From: Azolla caroliniana | Taxonomy: Eukaryota > Plantae > Polypodiophyta | Assembly: GCA_043228905.1 (NCBI GenBank) | Contig: JBHGNT010000144.1 | Coordinates: 1 to 64,000 of the forward strand | Length of the DNA: 64,000 nucleotides | Direction: 5' to 3' | In this document: positions 1 through 12,914 of the stretch, piece by piece | How positions within the stretch are numbered: the stretch's first letter is position 1 | How the letters are laid out: every line of letters begins with the position of its first letter | Notes under the pieces: generated by a model | Databases searched by the model: none | What the model was told of the DNA's origin: nothing | Seen by the model: the letters and a program-made list of their open reading frames with translations, nothing else | Made by a program: the position numbers and the translations under genes

Positions 1-2359
1 AAGCCCGATTACGACACAGCTTAGTGGACCATGGGAGCCCCTGAGTGACCAAAGCATATTTTGACCGAGTCCGAAACTCGACAAAGGGAAGGCCAAGAGG
101 TCCGTATACGAAGATCCAATCGACAACGCGTCGAATCACTCCCTCGACAGTGAGTTCGAAGGCCTAGACATCCCAATCATCTCAACAAATCGAGCGAAGA
201 AAGCCTTAGGATCCGCAAACGAGAAACTCTGTCGATCGACCCGTGAAAAGAACCTCGTAAGCCGTTTTGGCTACAATGATTATATGGCGTCCCATTACGC
301 CTTCATGATGAAGGTGGCTTCAGTGCGGGACCTAGCGACACTTTCCGAAGCTGTAAGGATCCACGATGGGTCGATGCGATGAATGAGGAAATGGAAGCGT
401 TATGCAAAAACAAGACATGGGATCTTGTCCCTCACACACTACACAAGAAAGAGATTGGTTGTCAATGGATTTACAAAGTGAAACACAATGTCGACAGCTC
501 CGTAAATCGCTTCAAAGCACGGCTCGTTGGGAAAGGATACGCTCAAACGCACGGCATAAACTACGAAGAGAGCTTTGCCCCGGTGGCAAAGATGACCACC
601 GTGTAGACCGTAATTGCTCTTGCAACAGCAAAAGGGTGGCACCTCAACCAGATGGACGTCAAGAACGCCTTTCTTCAAGGTGAATTAGAAGAGGACGTGT
701 ACATGATCCAACCACCCGGTTTTGAATTGCGCAATCACCGAACACCGTGTGCCGACTCAAGAAGCCACTTTACGGCCTCAAACAAGCACCATGTGCGTGA
801 CACTCGAAGATCACGCAATATCTTCATCAGATCCGATTTCGAATGTCAAAATCTGATAGTTCCCTGTACATCAAAAATGACTCGGATAACCCGATTGTCA
901 TCATCCTTTACGTGGATGATTTGGTCATCGGAGAAAGGATCTCGCCGAGATTAACAAAGTCAAATCACTTCTCTCCGGCAGATTCGAAATGAAAGACTTG
1001 CACGAGCTCCATTACTTTCTAGGCATTGAAGTAATTCTGACACCAGTCGGAATAATGATCTCTCAACGACACTACATTCTCAACTTGCTCTAAAAGTTCG
1101 GAATGACCAAATGCAAACCTGTGTCCACTCCTCTCGATCGTAATCTCAAGATGGATGCCAATTCCGGCACAGTCGTGTGCGAGTTAACTCAGTATCGTCA
1201 ACTGATCGGCAGCTTAATCAATCTCACCATTACGTGACCTGATCTTAGTTATTCGGTTGGCCTACTTAGCCAATTCATGCAGAATCAGCGAAACCTTCAT
1301 CTCGATTGCGCTAAGAGGATACTCTGGTATGTCAGTACTATGGTGGATTACGACATTATGTATAAGTCAAATACGACCATTCGACTTGAAGGATACACAG
1401 ACGTGGATTGGGCAGGATACAAAGCGGATAGACGATCTACATCCGGATTCGTCTTCTCCCTCGGCAGCGGAGTGATCTCCTAGAGCAGCAAGAAGCAACC
1501 GATAGTCACACTATTGAGCACGGAAGTCGAATACAGAGCCGCATGTGAAGCCGTATGGCTCAAGCGCATACTGAAGGATCTGGCCGTTCCCCTTATGGAT
1601 CCCATTCGTCTCTTCTACGATAATATGAGCAGCTAGACCTCGCTCAGAACCCCATTTTCCATGCCTGGACTAAACATATCGAAGTGCACTACCGCTTTAT
1701 CTGCGAGCGCGTACATGCCAGAGAAATCGATCTACAACATATTTATACGAACCTCCAGGTTGTTGATATTTTTACGAAGGCCTTAGGAGTCGACAAGCTC
1801 GGGTAATTTGCATTGGATCTTGGCCTCATGACATCCACATTGCCGAGCTTGAGGGGGAGTACTGCGAGCGACATGCGCACTATACGCAATTTTTTGAGTA
1901 CGCAACATGCAACGATACGTGAGTACGCAACACGTAGTTAATGGAACCGAGCACGAATCCGAAAAGCTGAACAATCCAGTTCGAGGATTACGAACGCCGG
2001 AACCTGGATTCCGAAGACCGAACTGAAACAACTTTTCGACAGATGGAAGTTGTGTTCGAAGGGGCGTGTTGAGAGTCGAACTCAACTTCCCATAGTAATA
2101 GGTTTTACACTAGCTCATGGTCATACCAGGCTAGTTTTGTAAATAGTAGAAAGGGCACTTGCCCTAGTTTAGTTGGTATTTAAACCAACCCCTTGTAACT
2201 TAGTTGCTGTTGAAAGTATTTATGTTAATGTAATATATAGTCTTTTATCTCTGCCTCTGTCTCTCTCTCTCTCTGTTTTGTCTTGCATACACACACACAC
2301 ACACACACACACAATCCTGTCGCTGCATCTTAGCCACTCTTGCTCCTCATTTCTTTACA
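1..2359 (+). mobile_element. Ty1/Copia LTR retrotransposon, 3' part (degenerate RT and RNase H plus 3' LTR at 2067-2359); 5' part lies outside the window
   Basis: RT motifs [27 protein letters not shown] and LYVDD (~905-920); RNase H GYTDVDWAG..DRRSTSG; purine tract GAAGGGGCG followed by TGTTGAGAG at 2067; ends ...TTTACA at 2359, directly before another element's integrase; many stops and frameshifts. Confidence 0.9.
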
Positions 2360-3757
2360 AAGTCGTTATTTTGTAACCCTCATTGATGACTACACTTGGC
2401 ACACTTGGGCGTGCTTGATTGAGAAGAAAAGCGAAGTATTCTCCTACTTCTTGAAGGTGAAAAGCCTTGCTGAACGAGAGACATGCCAAAAGATCAAGTG
2501 CCTAAGGTTTGATGGGGGGAAAGAGTACCTTTCCAACCAATTTTCTAGCTATTTGCAAAAGGAAGGAATTCGACACGAATTCTCCTGCAGATACACTCCA
2601 CAGTGGAACGGCGTGGCCGAGAGGAAGAATTGGATGATCGAAGAAGTGGTCAAGGCAATGCTTGAGGAGAAGCATATGCCGAAATTCTACTAGGCCGGAG
2701 TCGTCAAGACAACGGTATACCTACAGAATTGGACTTCTGCAAATGGAGGAGTGTCGCCACATGAGCTGTAGTTCGAGAAGAAGCCGAATTTGGCATGCTT
2801 GAGGGTATTTGGTAGCATTGCATATGTGCATGTGCCAAAGGAAAAATGGAGGAAGTTAGACGCAAAAGCCGAAAAATGTATCTTGATCGGCTACTCGAAT
2901 GAGTAGAAGGGTTATAAGTGTTATAAACTTCGAACGAAAGAGGTTCCAGTAAGCCAATATGACATTTTCAAGGAGCCGGCTTTGTGGTATTTGCCTTTCC
3001 CTCCCACTCCCAAATCCTCCATTCTGAATTTTGAGGATGAGGCTAGTGAGGCCAAGATTCCCCTTGAGGAAGAGGAATCCGGAACTCTAGAAGAGAGTCC
3101 GATCTCATTTTGGCTAAGTGGGCTGAATGAGTGACGGAGTCGAACGGACCAGTCGGAGGAAGAGCAGGCGAGTAGTGGAAACTCGATAGTGCAGTCCTCG
3201 TGCCAGAAATTGAGGAGACGGTTTACGCACAAGGAGAAGGGGAAGATGAATATGCCGGAATATGGCACTGAGGCCGAACCATCGGATTGAAGTGAATCCA
3301 ACATGGTCAAAAACAATGAAGAACCTCTGAAAACGGGGTCAAAGTCGACTGAAAGGGCCACGAAATCGGCGAACCAAAAGTTACGCCGATCCACCTGCTA
3401 GAAGAATCCTGTAATTCGGCACGGGTATAATGAGTATATGGCACATCATTATGCATATATGGCAAAGATGGTAAATGTGCGTGAGCCGGAGAGCTACGCA
3501 GAAGCAGCGAAGCACGCGGATTGGTGTGCCGCTATGGAGGAAGAGATGCACGCGCTAACGGAGAACGAGACTTGGGACCTGGTTGGCGCCCCCAAGGGTG
3601 TGAAGCCCATCAGATGCAGGTGGGTGTACAAGGTCAAGTACAACGACGAAGGCTTGGTTAACCAATATAAGGCCTGATTAGTGGAAGGAGTACGCATAGA
3701 AACACGACATCGATTACGATGAGAAGTTCGCGCCGGTCGTGAAGATGACTACTGTCA
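2360..3757 (+). mobile_element. Copia fragment (integrase core to start of RT), interrupted by the element above and truncated at its 3' end
   Basis: SRYFVTLIDDYT, KCLRFDGGKEY, TPQWNGVAERKN, EPESYAEA..MEEEM..TWDLV. Confidence 0.88.
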
Positions 3758-3860
3758 TGGGTTCAACCCTTACATTCCATAGTGGCATCTAGTGAAATAA
3801 GAGATATATATGGTAAGAGAGGTGAGAAAAAGTTTCCTAGTAAACGACTTACTACTAGGG
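3755..3860 (+). mobile_element. 5'-truncated copy of a tRNA-derived SINE-like repeat
   Basis: CATGGGTTCAACCCTTACATTCCATAGTGGCATCTAGTGAA matches the copies at 4037-4190 and 57950-58166. Confidence 0.55.
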
Positions 3861-3864
3861 CTAA

Positions 3865-3896
<32 letters not shown>

Positions 3897-4036
3897 CGTC
3901 CCTCTCCCTACATAGGCATATGATAGGTAGAGGAGACTACGAAGTGTTGTAACTAAGTGGATTTTACATACAATTAATATAATTGTGTGATTTTACCAAC
4001 AACAAAAAAAAGCAAAGAGAGAGAGAGAGAGAGAGA

Positions 4037-4190
4037 GCCTAGATGGATGTAACTTAATTGGTAAGGTTACCCAATGTAGACAAGGAGGTCATGGGTTTAA
4101 GCGTTACATTGCACAATGGCATCTAGTGAATTAAAAGATATGTATCAAGTAATAGAGGGGTGAGAAAATTGGGCGTAGTACTACTTGTAG
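4037..4190 (+). mobile_element. tRNA-derived SINE-like element next to (GA)n
   Basis: Degenerate A box TAACTTAATTGG (4050-4061) and B box GGGTTTAAGC; collinear with the better-preserved copy at 57950-58166 (-). Confidence 0.6.
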
Positions 4191-4251
4191 GGTAAAAAGA
4201 AAGAGATGATAATGAATGATATTGGTCTAGTTATTATGGGAAGAAACGAGC

Positions 4252-7200
4252 ATGGCATGTTTACCCGACGAAGTCTGGATTGAAGCTCTTCGTGCTGGGG
4301 TACACAGAGGAGTTTTAGATCACAGAGATCTCTGTTCCCTCTCCATTACAAGCCATGCCTTGAACAAACTCTGTGTGCTCCCCTCTCTCTGGAAGCCTTT
4401 ATTTCAACGAGATTTCCCCCAAGAATATAACTCCGCATCCTCATCAGATTTCAAATCCAGATATCGATCAAGGTGAAGTATCTTCTTCGTTTATTTTCCT
4501 CTTTGAATGTCTTTCTTTGTCTTTTCAAATTACTTTGATTCTTTTTGGGCATAGCTTAAGCTTTAATCGTTCCCAAAAAATGGTGTCATGATTCATTAAG
4601 CCTAAATCCTTACAGAAAAGAATGGACTTATTTCTCAAGAAGCTTAAATCCTTACTACAAGGAGTTATGTTATGGCCTACTTAGCCGAAATACTTCCAAA
4701 CAGAATGATGTGTGATTCACTAAGCATAACTGTATAAAAAGGATGTCGTTTTGGTCCATTAAGATTAAATATTGATAACTATAACTGATGTTATGGTACA
4801 TAACCAGCTTTGAGAAGATCAAGGCATCGAAAGTTGCCGCACACAGAAGGCATCTTCTTAGGATTCAGAGTGAAAGAGATGCTCACGAGAATGAATGCAA
4901 GGAGCTCGAAAGAGAGATTCAAGGGGAGAAGTTGAAGCTCTCAAACATTTTGCAGGATCTGAAAAATATCGAGCAAGCTCGGTAAGTACTTCTACTACTG
5001 TTTAAACAAGAAATAAGAGAGGGATCTAGATGCGTCACTACCAAAAGTTCAAATTCACATCTAAAATACAACTTCAAGAAAGGATATCTTACTTCAAACA
5101 ATGTTGAGACTCAAGAGGGATAAAAATGTTATACATTTACAAAATTTGCACCCATTCCAATGCAACCAAAGAAGCAACATCAATGTGCGTGTGTGTGTGA
5201 GAGAGAGATTTTATTATCGTCTTCTGAGGTCAAATATTGCCAATGAGACCAAAAAGATAACATTTTCATGTAATTCGTGTGAAAACGAGTAGTGATTCTT
5301 GATGTTCAAGAATTTCACTAATGAATGTCACAATTGAGAATGCACATATTTGAGGTTGGTTGGTGTGGTGGAACAAGGCCATGTCAAAGTTTAACAAGGA
5401 ATAGAGAGAGAAAGAAAGATATACTAATGTCTAGTATGGAAAAAAACTGGACTATGACACAAATCATGGTTTTATAAATGGGTGAATCCATGTCATCCAT
5501 ACTGAAACAGAAAGAAAAGATTTAGGTTTCCTAAAGCTCCACGATCTTGATTTTAATGCATTGGTGGAATGATTTTGGAGATTTTTTACAAGCATTAAGT
5601 GCATAACTAATATGTACGGAGGCAATGATCCCCATGCGCCTTATATCCTAGGAGTCTCAGTCTCTGGGGTCGTCAACAATCCGCTGCTTGCTCTATAGTG
5701 ACTCCTTTGTATGTTGTCAAAGAAGGTCTGGCGCTATGGAAGAAATTAGTGATGGGTGATTACTGTTGCATACCGTGTGCTAGTATAGTGCTGATTCTCT
5801 ATGGTTTTAAAGCTTGAGCAAGATTTTCTCTATGTGTCATGTCAGCCTTCTCCATAATTTGTCAAGTGGTGGTGGAGTTCATGTAGAGGATGGCATGCAT
5901 CTTTCTGATCTGCTTGTACGTTGGGCATGTACACAACATGCTCCTTGCAATCAATCTCTCCTTCACGTAATTTGCAAAAGGCTTCAGCTCTAGTTTTGCG
6001 AAGTGCTCATCTTACTATGATCTCTAGTCGATGGGAGGAAACTCTTTGTTGGCATGTTGATTTGGGAGCATTATAGGCCACGTGGATGGTCAAGCACCAA
6101 GGTGTCTATGAATCCATCTTTTGAGAAATTTATGAAATGATTTTTGTAGTAGGCCATCTTTGGAGGAAGAGGCTCTCTTGGTGTAATGCAAGTCTTTTGG
6201 AGAGGCAGGATACCCTTTTTCTATAAAAATGAGTTGACAGCTGAGTGGGCTCCCTCCCTTATTAGACAATAGGTTGGCAGTAGGCTGTCACCATTATTAC
6301 AGAATAGGTGGGACAGAATAAGGGACACATTTATGACAGAATAGGTGGCACAAAATAAGAGGCAACTCGGGCTTTTATCCCAAGGTTGACTTTCCTGGAA
6401 AATATTGACACCGAACGTACAGGATAACTGATGTTTACTGGTCTTCCACTCGTTTTATATTCCCCCAAGCATTCATACCTCTGCCTCACTATACTGATTG
6501 TCATCTCATTCAAACAATAAGAAAAACTCCTTAAACACCCCAAGATTTTAAATATTTTCCAATAAACCCCTTTGTAATAGTGAAATCTGTACTGTAGATT
6601 TTGTAAATTCAGGGTTATTTTGATAAAAAAAACCATCAAGTTAAGCGTAGTTAAGTGATTCCCCCTTCCTTTTATGCTATGTTAATGTTTCTAGCTAAAA
6701 ATGATAAAGAGAATGTAGCAGGTGCCATAACTTGTATTCGTTCAAACCTTTGACAATTCATTGGAAATGATAAGATGGAATGAAGGTATAAGTTCTTTCC
6801 AATTAATGCAGTTTTTGGTGTGTTTTTATTCAGGATGTCTTCTGTAGCTTTAAGGATGTGGCAACCTCAAATGGTGTGCACAATGCAGCAACAACTAGTT
6901 GAGCAGCATCCAATAGATTCACAGTTCCGGAAAAACTCTCTTGAAATGGAAGCCAAAATCTGCAAAGAAGAAATACGAAGATGTTGCAGAAAGATCGTAA
7001 GTTTTCTCATGCTTGTGTTTCAATTCTGCCTTTAGTTTTTAAAAAAAATAAAATATAGAATCATAGATTAATACATTATGTTGTTTGAGAGTCAAAACAC
7101 CAAAACAGCTCTTAACATGTTGGATATTTACCAAAGAATACCTTTTTAGTTTCAAAAACAGACAAGAATAATGTTTCGTATACTGATAAGTATGGAGCTG

Positions 7201-7767
7201 GGATATTAGGTTAAATATTGAAAACTTTTGAGTATTCTGTTAACCAAAATATATACCTCATTGGATTTATTGGAGTGTCAAAGATTTAAAAAGCCTTAGT
7301 TAACTGTTGAAACTCTTATTTTAACCTAATTTTTTTTTCAATATCCTGTATTTATGGTAGGAGAGACTAAAATTACACCATTTAATAATTTACTTGAATG
7401 ATTCTGAGTGTGATGTGGTGCTTAGTGTTTCTGCATCATCCTTGACACTCTTTTGGATGCATTAATAATTGTTGTAGTTATTGCTATATGAAATATGAGG
7501 CAAGGATGCAATATGTATTCTCTATCTTGCTTTGTTTTGAATAGTATTTAGATTTCATTTCTTCTAGTCTTATGAACATTTATAGCATTTTCATGTATTG
7601 ATGAAGTTTGTATAACGTTTGTTATATTGAAGGACCGAAAGAAGCAAATCATTGAAAAGATAGAGAAAGATTTGGAGTACTTGATGTATAATCCTCTACA
7701 AGATTCTCATGAAAGCTTACCAAGAAATAGGCTAAAGAGGTCAAAGGCACATAATACTAAATGTTAA
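4252..7767 (+). CDS. SKIP24: F-box protein SKIP24-like, 4 exons: 4252-4472, 4808-4981, 6834-6996, 7633-7767 (230 aa)
   Basis: N-terminal F-box LPDEVWIEAL..LDHRDLCSLSI..LW..LFQRDF; coiled coil; family motif SSVALRMWQPQ..QQLVEQ..LEME; YNPL near the C-terminus; GT-AG introns with compatible phases give an open 693-nt CDS. Confidence 0.85.
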
Positions 7768-8104
7768 AACAGTTAGTATGTTCTTACTTTGTACAAAGTT
7801 GTTAATTCGAATGTTTCACATAATTGTATCTCTAGATATTGTTTTTCTCTTAATGAAAATGCATTTTCTACTGGTATTATATGTCAAGTTCCATTGCCTG
7901 TAGTCTCTATATATTATGTGATAATTGGTTTACGTCTCAAGCAGCTAAAAGTAGAATCTATGAGCATGTATATACCATGTTTTCCACTAATTTGATAGGG
8001 ATGTTTCGTATGGAGTAGATAAAACTAGAACCCTAACAACATTTAAGTTAGGGGAATGGTAATTAATTAGTATAGTGTGAAAGACAAATGTGCAATATTG
8101 TTAT

Positions 8105-8186
8105 TGAAACTTAATTGATTACCTTGAAATGAAACTTAATTGATTGCCTTGAAATGAAACATAATTGATTACCTTGAAATGAAACA
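8105..8186. repeat. 25-bp tandem repeat, about 3 copies
   Basis: TGAAACTTAATTGATTACCTTGAAA repeated three times with single mismatches. Confidence 0.85.
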
Positions 8187-8639
8187 TTATGTTATGAGGG
8201 TAGAGAATTGTGTACAATCCAATGTTTTGTTTCTGTCAGTATTTTGAAACTTATTCGTTGTATTTCAATTTCTACTCTTTCACTAATTAAGTAGTAGGCG
8301 TAATTTGTTAAGAGTAAAAGAAAAATGTTTGAACCCAAGATGAAAACATGTTGGGTTCATTACACTTTGATTTTACATTTACTTGTTTACATAGAGCTAT
8401 TCTTATTGCGGATGTGTAACGTTGGCAATTAAAATATGCCAAATTTAACTTGTGCTTTGGATCTTGTCCATAGTAAGAAACAAGAAAATAAAACCAGTTT
8501 AAAATTCCCATATGAGAATTAATTAAACTTACCTTTGTTACTAATTACCATAGAAAAACCAAGAAAATAAAATATTTCTTATTTTTTATCTCTTCATAAT
8601 ATTATCTATACAACAAGAAATTGATGTCATTTAACCATG

Positions 8640-9698
8640 GTTGACCCTCAAGGAGCCACCATGAGTAGTTGAAGCCTCACCTTCCGGTCCACAGTCTTAT
8701 ACTTTGTGTCGACATGGGCGGTCCGACTTGCCTTGACCATTTGGAAAGATGTTAAGTGCTATGTCACCTTCGTGATTTTCAAATTTTTCATGTGTCCACA
8801 ATTACCTATTCTTGAGAGTACAAGATGCACCAGTACCTAGTCAGGTAGGTTATTAGAGTTATATCAAGGGAGCTCAAGAAATAACTCTAGTAACACATGA
8901 GCCTTACTTTCTTCATTGAAGTTGTTGTATAGGCTCATGTCGATGAAGCATCGCATGTATGCAGTCTTCTTCATATGCATTACTTCCCAGGTCATGGCAT
9001 CAATTTTGTCTGGTTTCTTGTCCCCGAATTGTACCGACAACTAGAGATCTTTAGCCACGAGCATGTCCCTCATCTTCGACTTCCACATTGGGTAGTTGGA
9101 GTCGGTGGGCTTGAACATGCTTACAAATGACTCTTCCATTTGTTGTTCGATCTGATACCAGATTGTACGGAAATAGTGCTCGGCCACAACCGAGTCTCAA
9201 TGACACAATGGAAGATACAGAAAACAAAAATGAGACAACACAGTATGTTAACGTGGAAAACCCTAAGAGGGAAAAACCACGGGAGCCCACAAACTCCAAC
9301 TATCACTATGAGAAGAAAAATACAATGGGAGACTTGGAGGCAACGACCTCGAGCTATGTCTTCGCCAACCGGCGGTTACAACAGAAAAACTTTTTGTGTC
9401 TCACACACTATATCTCTCTCTCTATGTCTGTACAACAATAAGAATAACAACCTCTATGTAAAACACTATTTGCCCTAGTTATATTTATACTCATATAACT
9501 TATGGACTATTTACAAATATGACCTCAATGGTCACGTCTAAAAATATTTACAAAATGTTCCTACTTCCTGGTTCATACCGGATCTGGCTAGACTCCTTCG
9601 GGATCCATCTTATCCGATTTCCGGGCACCCTCCGGTTCCATCTGGTCTAATTCCTTTGGCTCCTTCGGCTCTCATCCGGAGGGACTTATTTCCTAACA
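8640..9698 (-). mobile_element. Truncated Copia element: 5' LTR (9164-9698), tRNA-Met PBS and start of gag
   Basis: LTR TGTACG...CCTAACA; PBS TGGTATCAGA on the minus strand (9151-9160); gag start MEESFVSMFKPTDSNYPMWKSKMRDMLVAKDL. Confidence 0.8.
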
Positions 9699-9699
9699 A

Positions 9700-9872
9700 A
9701 CATATGATGATGAATCATTTAGGTTCAAACAACTTGAGAAGATGGTGAAAGATTTTGCACAGTTGACGACTGTATCCTTATGGAGAATTATCGTATTCCA
9801 TAGGATGGACCAAGGATACCCTGTAGCACACTCCTTGAGATCTTGTTGCCATGGGATACAAAACCTTGTTTG
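9700..9872 (+). pseudogene. Isolated exon fragment of a DNA amino-methyltransferase, paralogous to the exon at 17411-17697
   Basis: Translates TYDDESFRFKQLEKMVKDFAQLTTVSLWRIIVFHRMDQGYPVAHSLRSCCHGIQNLVW; 26/58 aa identical without gaps to the main copy; same TG|GTAAG donor. Confidence 0.8.
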
Positions 9873-12800
9873 GTAAGGAATATTTATCTTACATAGAGAA
9901 TTTTGATTTACCCATCAATGAATTCTAGCTAATATTGATATTTGTCATTTGAAATGTTCTCCAATGAAAGAGATTGGATATTGTATTTGTTCTCTGGCTC
10001 AGGTAGATTATTATAGCTTTGTTTGCTATGCCTTTAGAAATCAATATAGTTTATATTTAGCTAAAGCAATCTTCATTTTAAATTGTTAATAGGTACTACA
10101 TCTACATCTACATTGAAGCTATATAGGAATATTATTGAATGAGAAAAGAATGACGAGCAACTGAGTTTCATTAACATGAGGATTAGAGCCTTAACATTTT
10201 CAACCTATTCCTCCATTAACTGGGGAATACACACACATCTCCCAAATACATGTATATATTAAAACAAACAAATAATAAATAAGGGGCAGTGGCCTAGTGG
10301 TTAGGGCCATTAAGTGTAGACTGAGGGGTGCAGAGTAACCAAGGGTGATTCAAGGAGCATTTTATTCCCTTGGCACAAAAGAATAGGTGCCTCATTTCAT
10401 CTAGATAAAAATGGGAGAAGATGGCTTATTTTAGGTCGACCATTTTATTCACTTTGCTTTTGGGCCAAGGAAATATTAAATTCATTAAATGTCAAATATA
10501 AACGCCTTATTTCCTCTATAAAAAGGGGAGAAGAGAGCTTATTTCGGGTTGGCCATTTTGGTGTTTGGGGGTTGACAGTTAGGGTTTTTGGGTTTCTTCT
10601 TCTTCTTCTTCTTCTTTTCTATGGTTTGTGGTCCCTCATCTTTGTTTGGAGGTGCACTATTAGGGTTTCCTTACTTATCTTTTCTTCTACTTCCTCTAGG
10701 GTTTAGGGTTAAGGAGTTCTTTCCCATTTTCTTCTTCTTCGTTTTAGGGCTTTGTGTTTTCCTACGAGAGGACTTAGGGTTGAGTTTGCCTACATCTTCT
10801 CTCTTAGTTGGGAAGTATAAAAGAATACGATTGCGGAAGCTAAGACAAAACCGGCTCGTCTAGATAACAAAAGAATACAGACACAGGTTTAATGGAAACC
10901 TTACACGGGAGAGACAAAGAAATCGTGTATATTCCAAACTACTAAAAACTCTCTGTACATACAATGTGCTCTATGAGCACTTCTGTACAAGTCCTTAAAA
11001 GGACTGACAGAAGTACTGACAAGTACTTCAACGCTCATACGAGCAACTGACACCAACTCCTAAAAACATGCCTACGTACTAGGCTAGATTCGTAGGTCTC
11101 TAACGGCCTACAGGTTACAATCTGATCCGGTTCTAGGTTTCGGATAACATCCAGATACCGATCCGGTTCTTCGTTCTAGACTCTGATCCGGCTCTGACTT
11201 GTTCAGCCAATCCAGATCCGGTTGAGGTCAACTTGAGGTAAGATCCGTTCAAGACTCCCCCTCAAGCTCAACTTGACGTTAGATTGTAGTGTTAGTGTTT
11301 GTGGTAGTTGGTCCTCTCCTCCGACTCCCTCTGGCGTTCTCCCACCTGGCTCGCGCTCCTTGTCCGGTCCGGTTCTGCTTACCACGACAAGTTTGGTTCC
11401 GCGCATCTTGGCTTTCTCAGTCGGCTTGTTTGTTCCCTTGGCCCTTATCAGCTCCCTTGCTGGCATCCCTTGACCCATTGGTTCCTCCGTCTCGGCGTCG
11501 GCTTAGGTTGCCCTTTTGTCTGCTTGGCCCATCGTAGATTCGGCTCAACTAAATCGATCATTTCAATTGAATCGGGTACATCAGATTCATTTTTGCTCTC
11601 GTCTGAATCGGTCGTCTCCGATTCGTCTTCAACTCCCAGAACTTTCACGACATCGGCCCACATCTATATCTCAGTCTTTCCAGCTCTGCCTCCCCCATTT
11701 TTGGTTGGTTCCGGTTTGGATTTTCCGTTCCAGTGGCTCCCCATGCATCTAGTCTTAGCTTTCTCGGCCGACCCGTGCACTCCGGCTTCTTTAGTTGGCC
11801 CGAAGTCGAAATCAATATTCGACTCGGTCATCTTCCTCATTCCTCCCCCTCAAGTTCGACATATCGAGGTATTGCACACCTAGTACACCGGAAAATTGTT
11901 GCAACTTGTCTAAGCCAAATGGTTTGGTGAAGATATTGACTACCTACCGATCCGTCAAAACATGCGGCAGTTCCACTTCACCAGAGAGAACACCATCTCG
12001 AACAAAATGGTAGTGCACCTCAATGTGCTTTGTTTGGGCGTGAAAGACGAGGTTCTTCGCCAACTGGATGTTGTTGAGGTTGTCTCAGTAGATCACAACG
12101 GGATTGGACACCTCGACACGTAGATCCTTGATTACCTTTTTAGCCATATGGCTTCGCATGTTGCGATAACCACTCCTCGGTGCTCGATAGTGCTAATGTC
12201 GGCTGCTTTTTACTGCTCCAAGCGACCACGACGCTTCCAAGTGAGAATGCATATCTAGATATAGACCTGCGGTCGTCGACATTTCCGGCCCACTCGATAT
12301 TCGTATAGCCGACTCGTTCTTCGATTGTATTGGCTCGATATAGCAACCCCCTGTCCTTAGTGCCGCTAACATACTTGAGTATTCGGTGCGCGCATTGAAG
12401 GTGCTACACGGTTAGATGCGCAATAAATTAACTAATAAGTCCGACCGGATAACTGAGGTTCGGCTGGGTGATGGTCAGATATATGAGGCTTTCGACTATT
12501 TGTCGAAACCTTTTAGGGTCGCATGTCGTTTCGGAGTTGGGGCAGACCTTCACATTCCTATCCAAAGGAGTTGAGACGTACTTGCATTCCGTCATACCGA
12601 ATATGAAGAGCATACTCAAAACACAGGGTCATTTGAAACATGTAATATGTCACAATTTAAGAACAGTCCATCCTAAAAAGGCACAAAGTAGGTCATTTCA
12701 CAAAAAGGACCATCGCATGCATAAAGGGTTTTGGAAATTGAATCAAAATATATTGATTTATACTATGTCCAAAATATAGGGCTTTCAAAAAATGCCCCTA

Positions 12801-12914
12801 ATAATCGACACGTGAAATTTACAAGAGAACGTACAAAAATTACAAAAGGACTAACATGTATATTTATACATATTTGTGAATCACCATATTGATGTAACAT
12901 ACAATATTTACATT

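Noticed and set aside
5500-6600. Antisense LINE remnant in F-box intron 2
   Set aside because: Only faint ORF1/endonuclease-like traces; too decayed to support by eye
10575-10785. Interstitial telomere repeats
   Set aside because: Only scattered TTAGGG(TTT) motifs in a TC-rich old repeat; no tandem array
11203-11883. Extra ORFs (env-like or antisense) in the Copia 3' region
   Set aside because: No transmembrane or recognisable domain; low-complexity region between RNase H and the LTR
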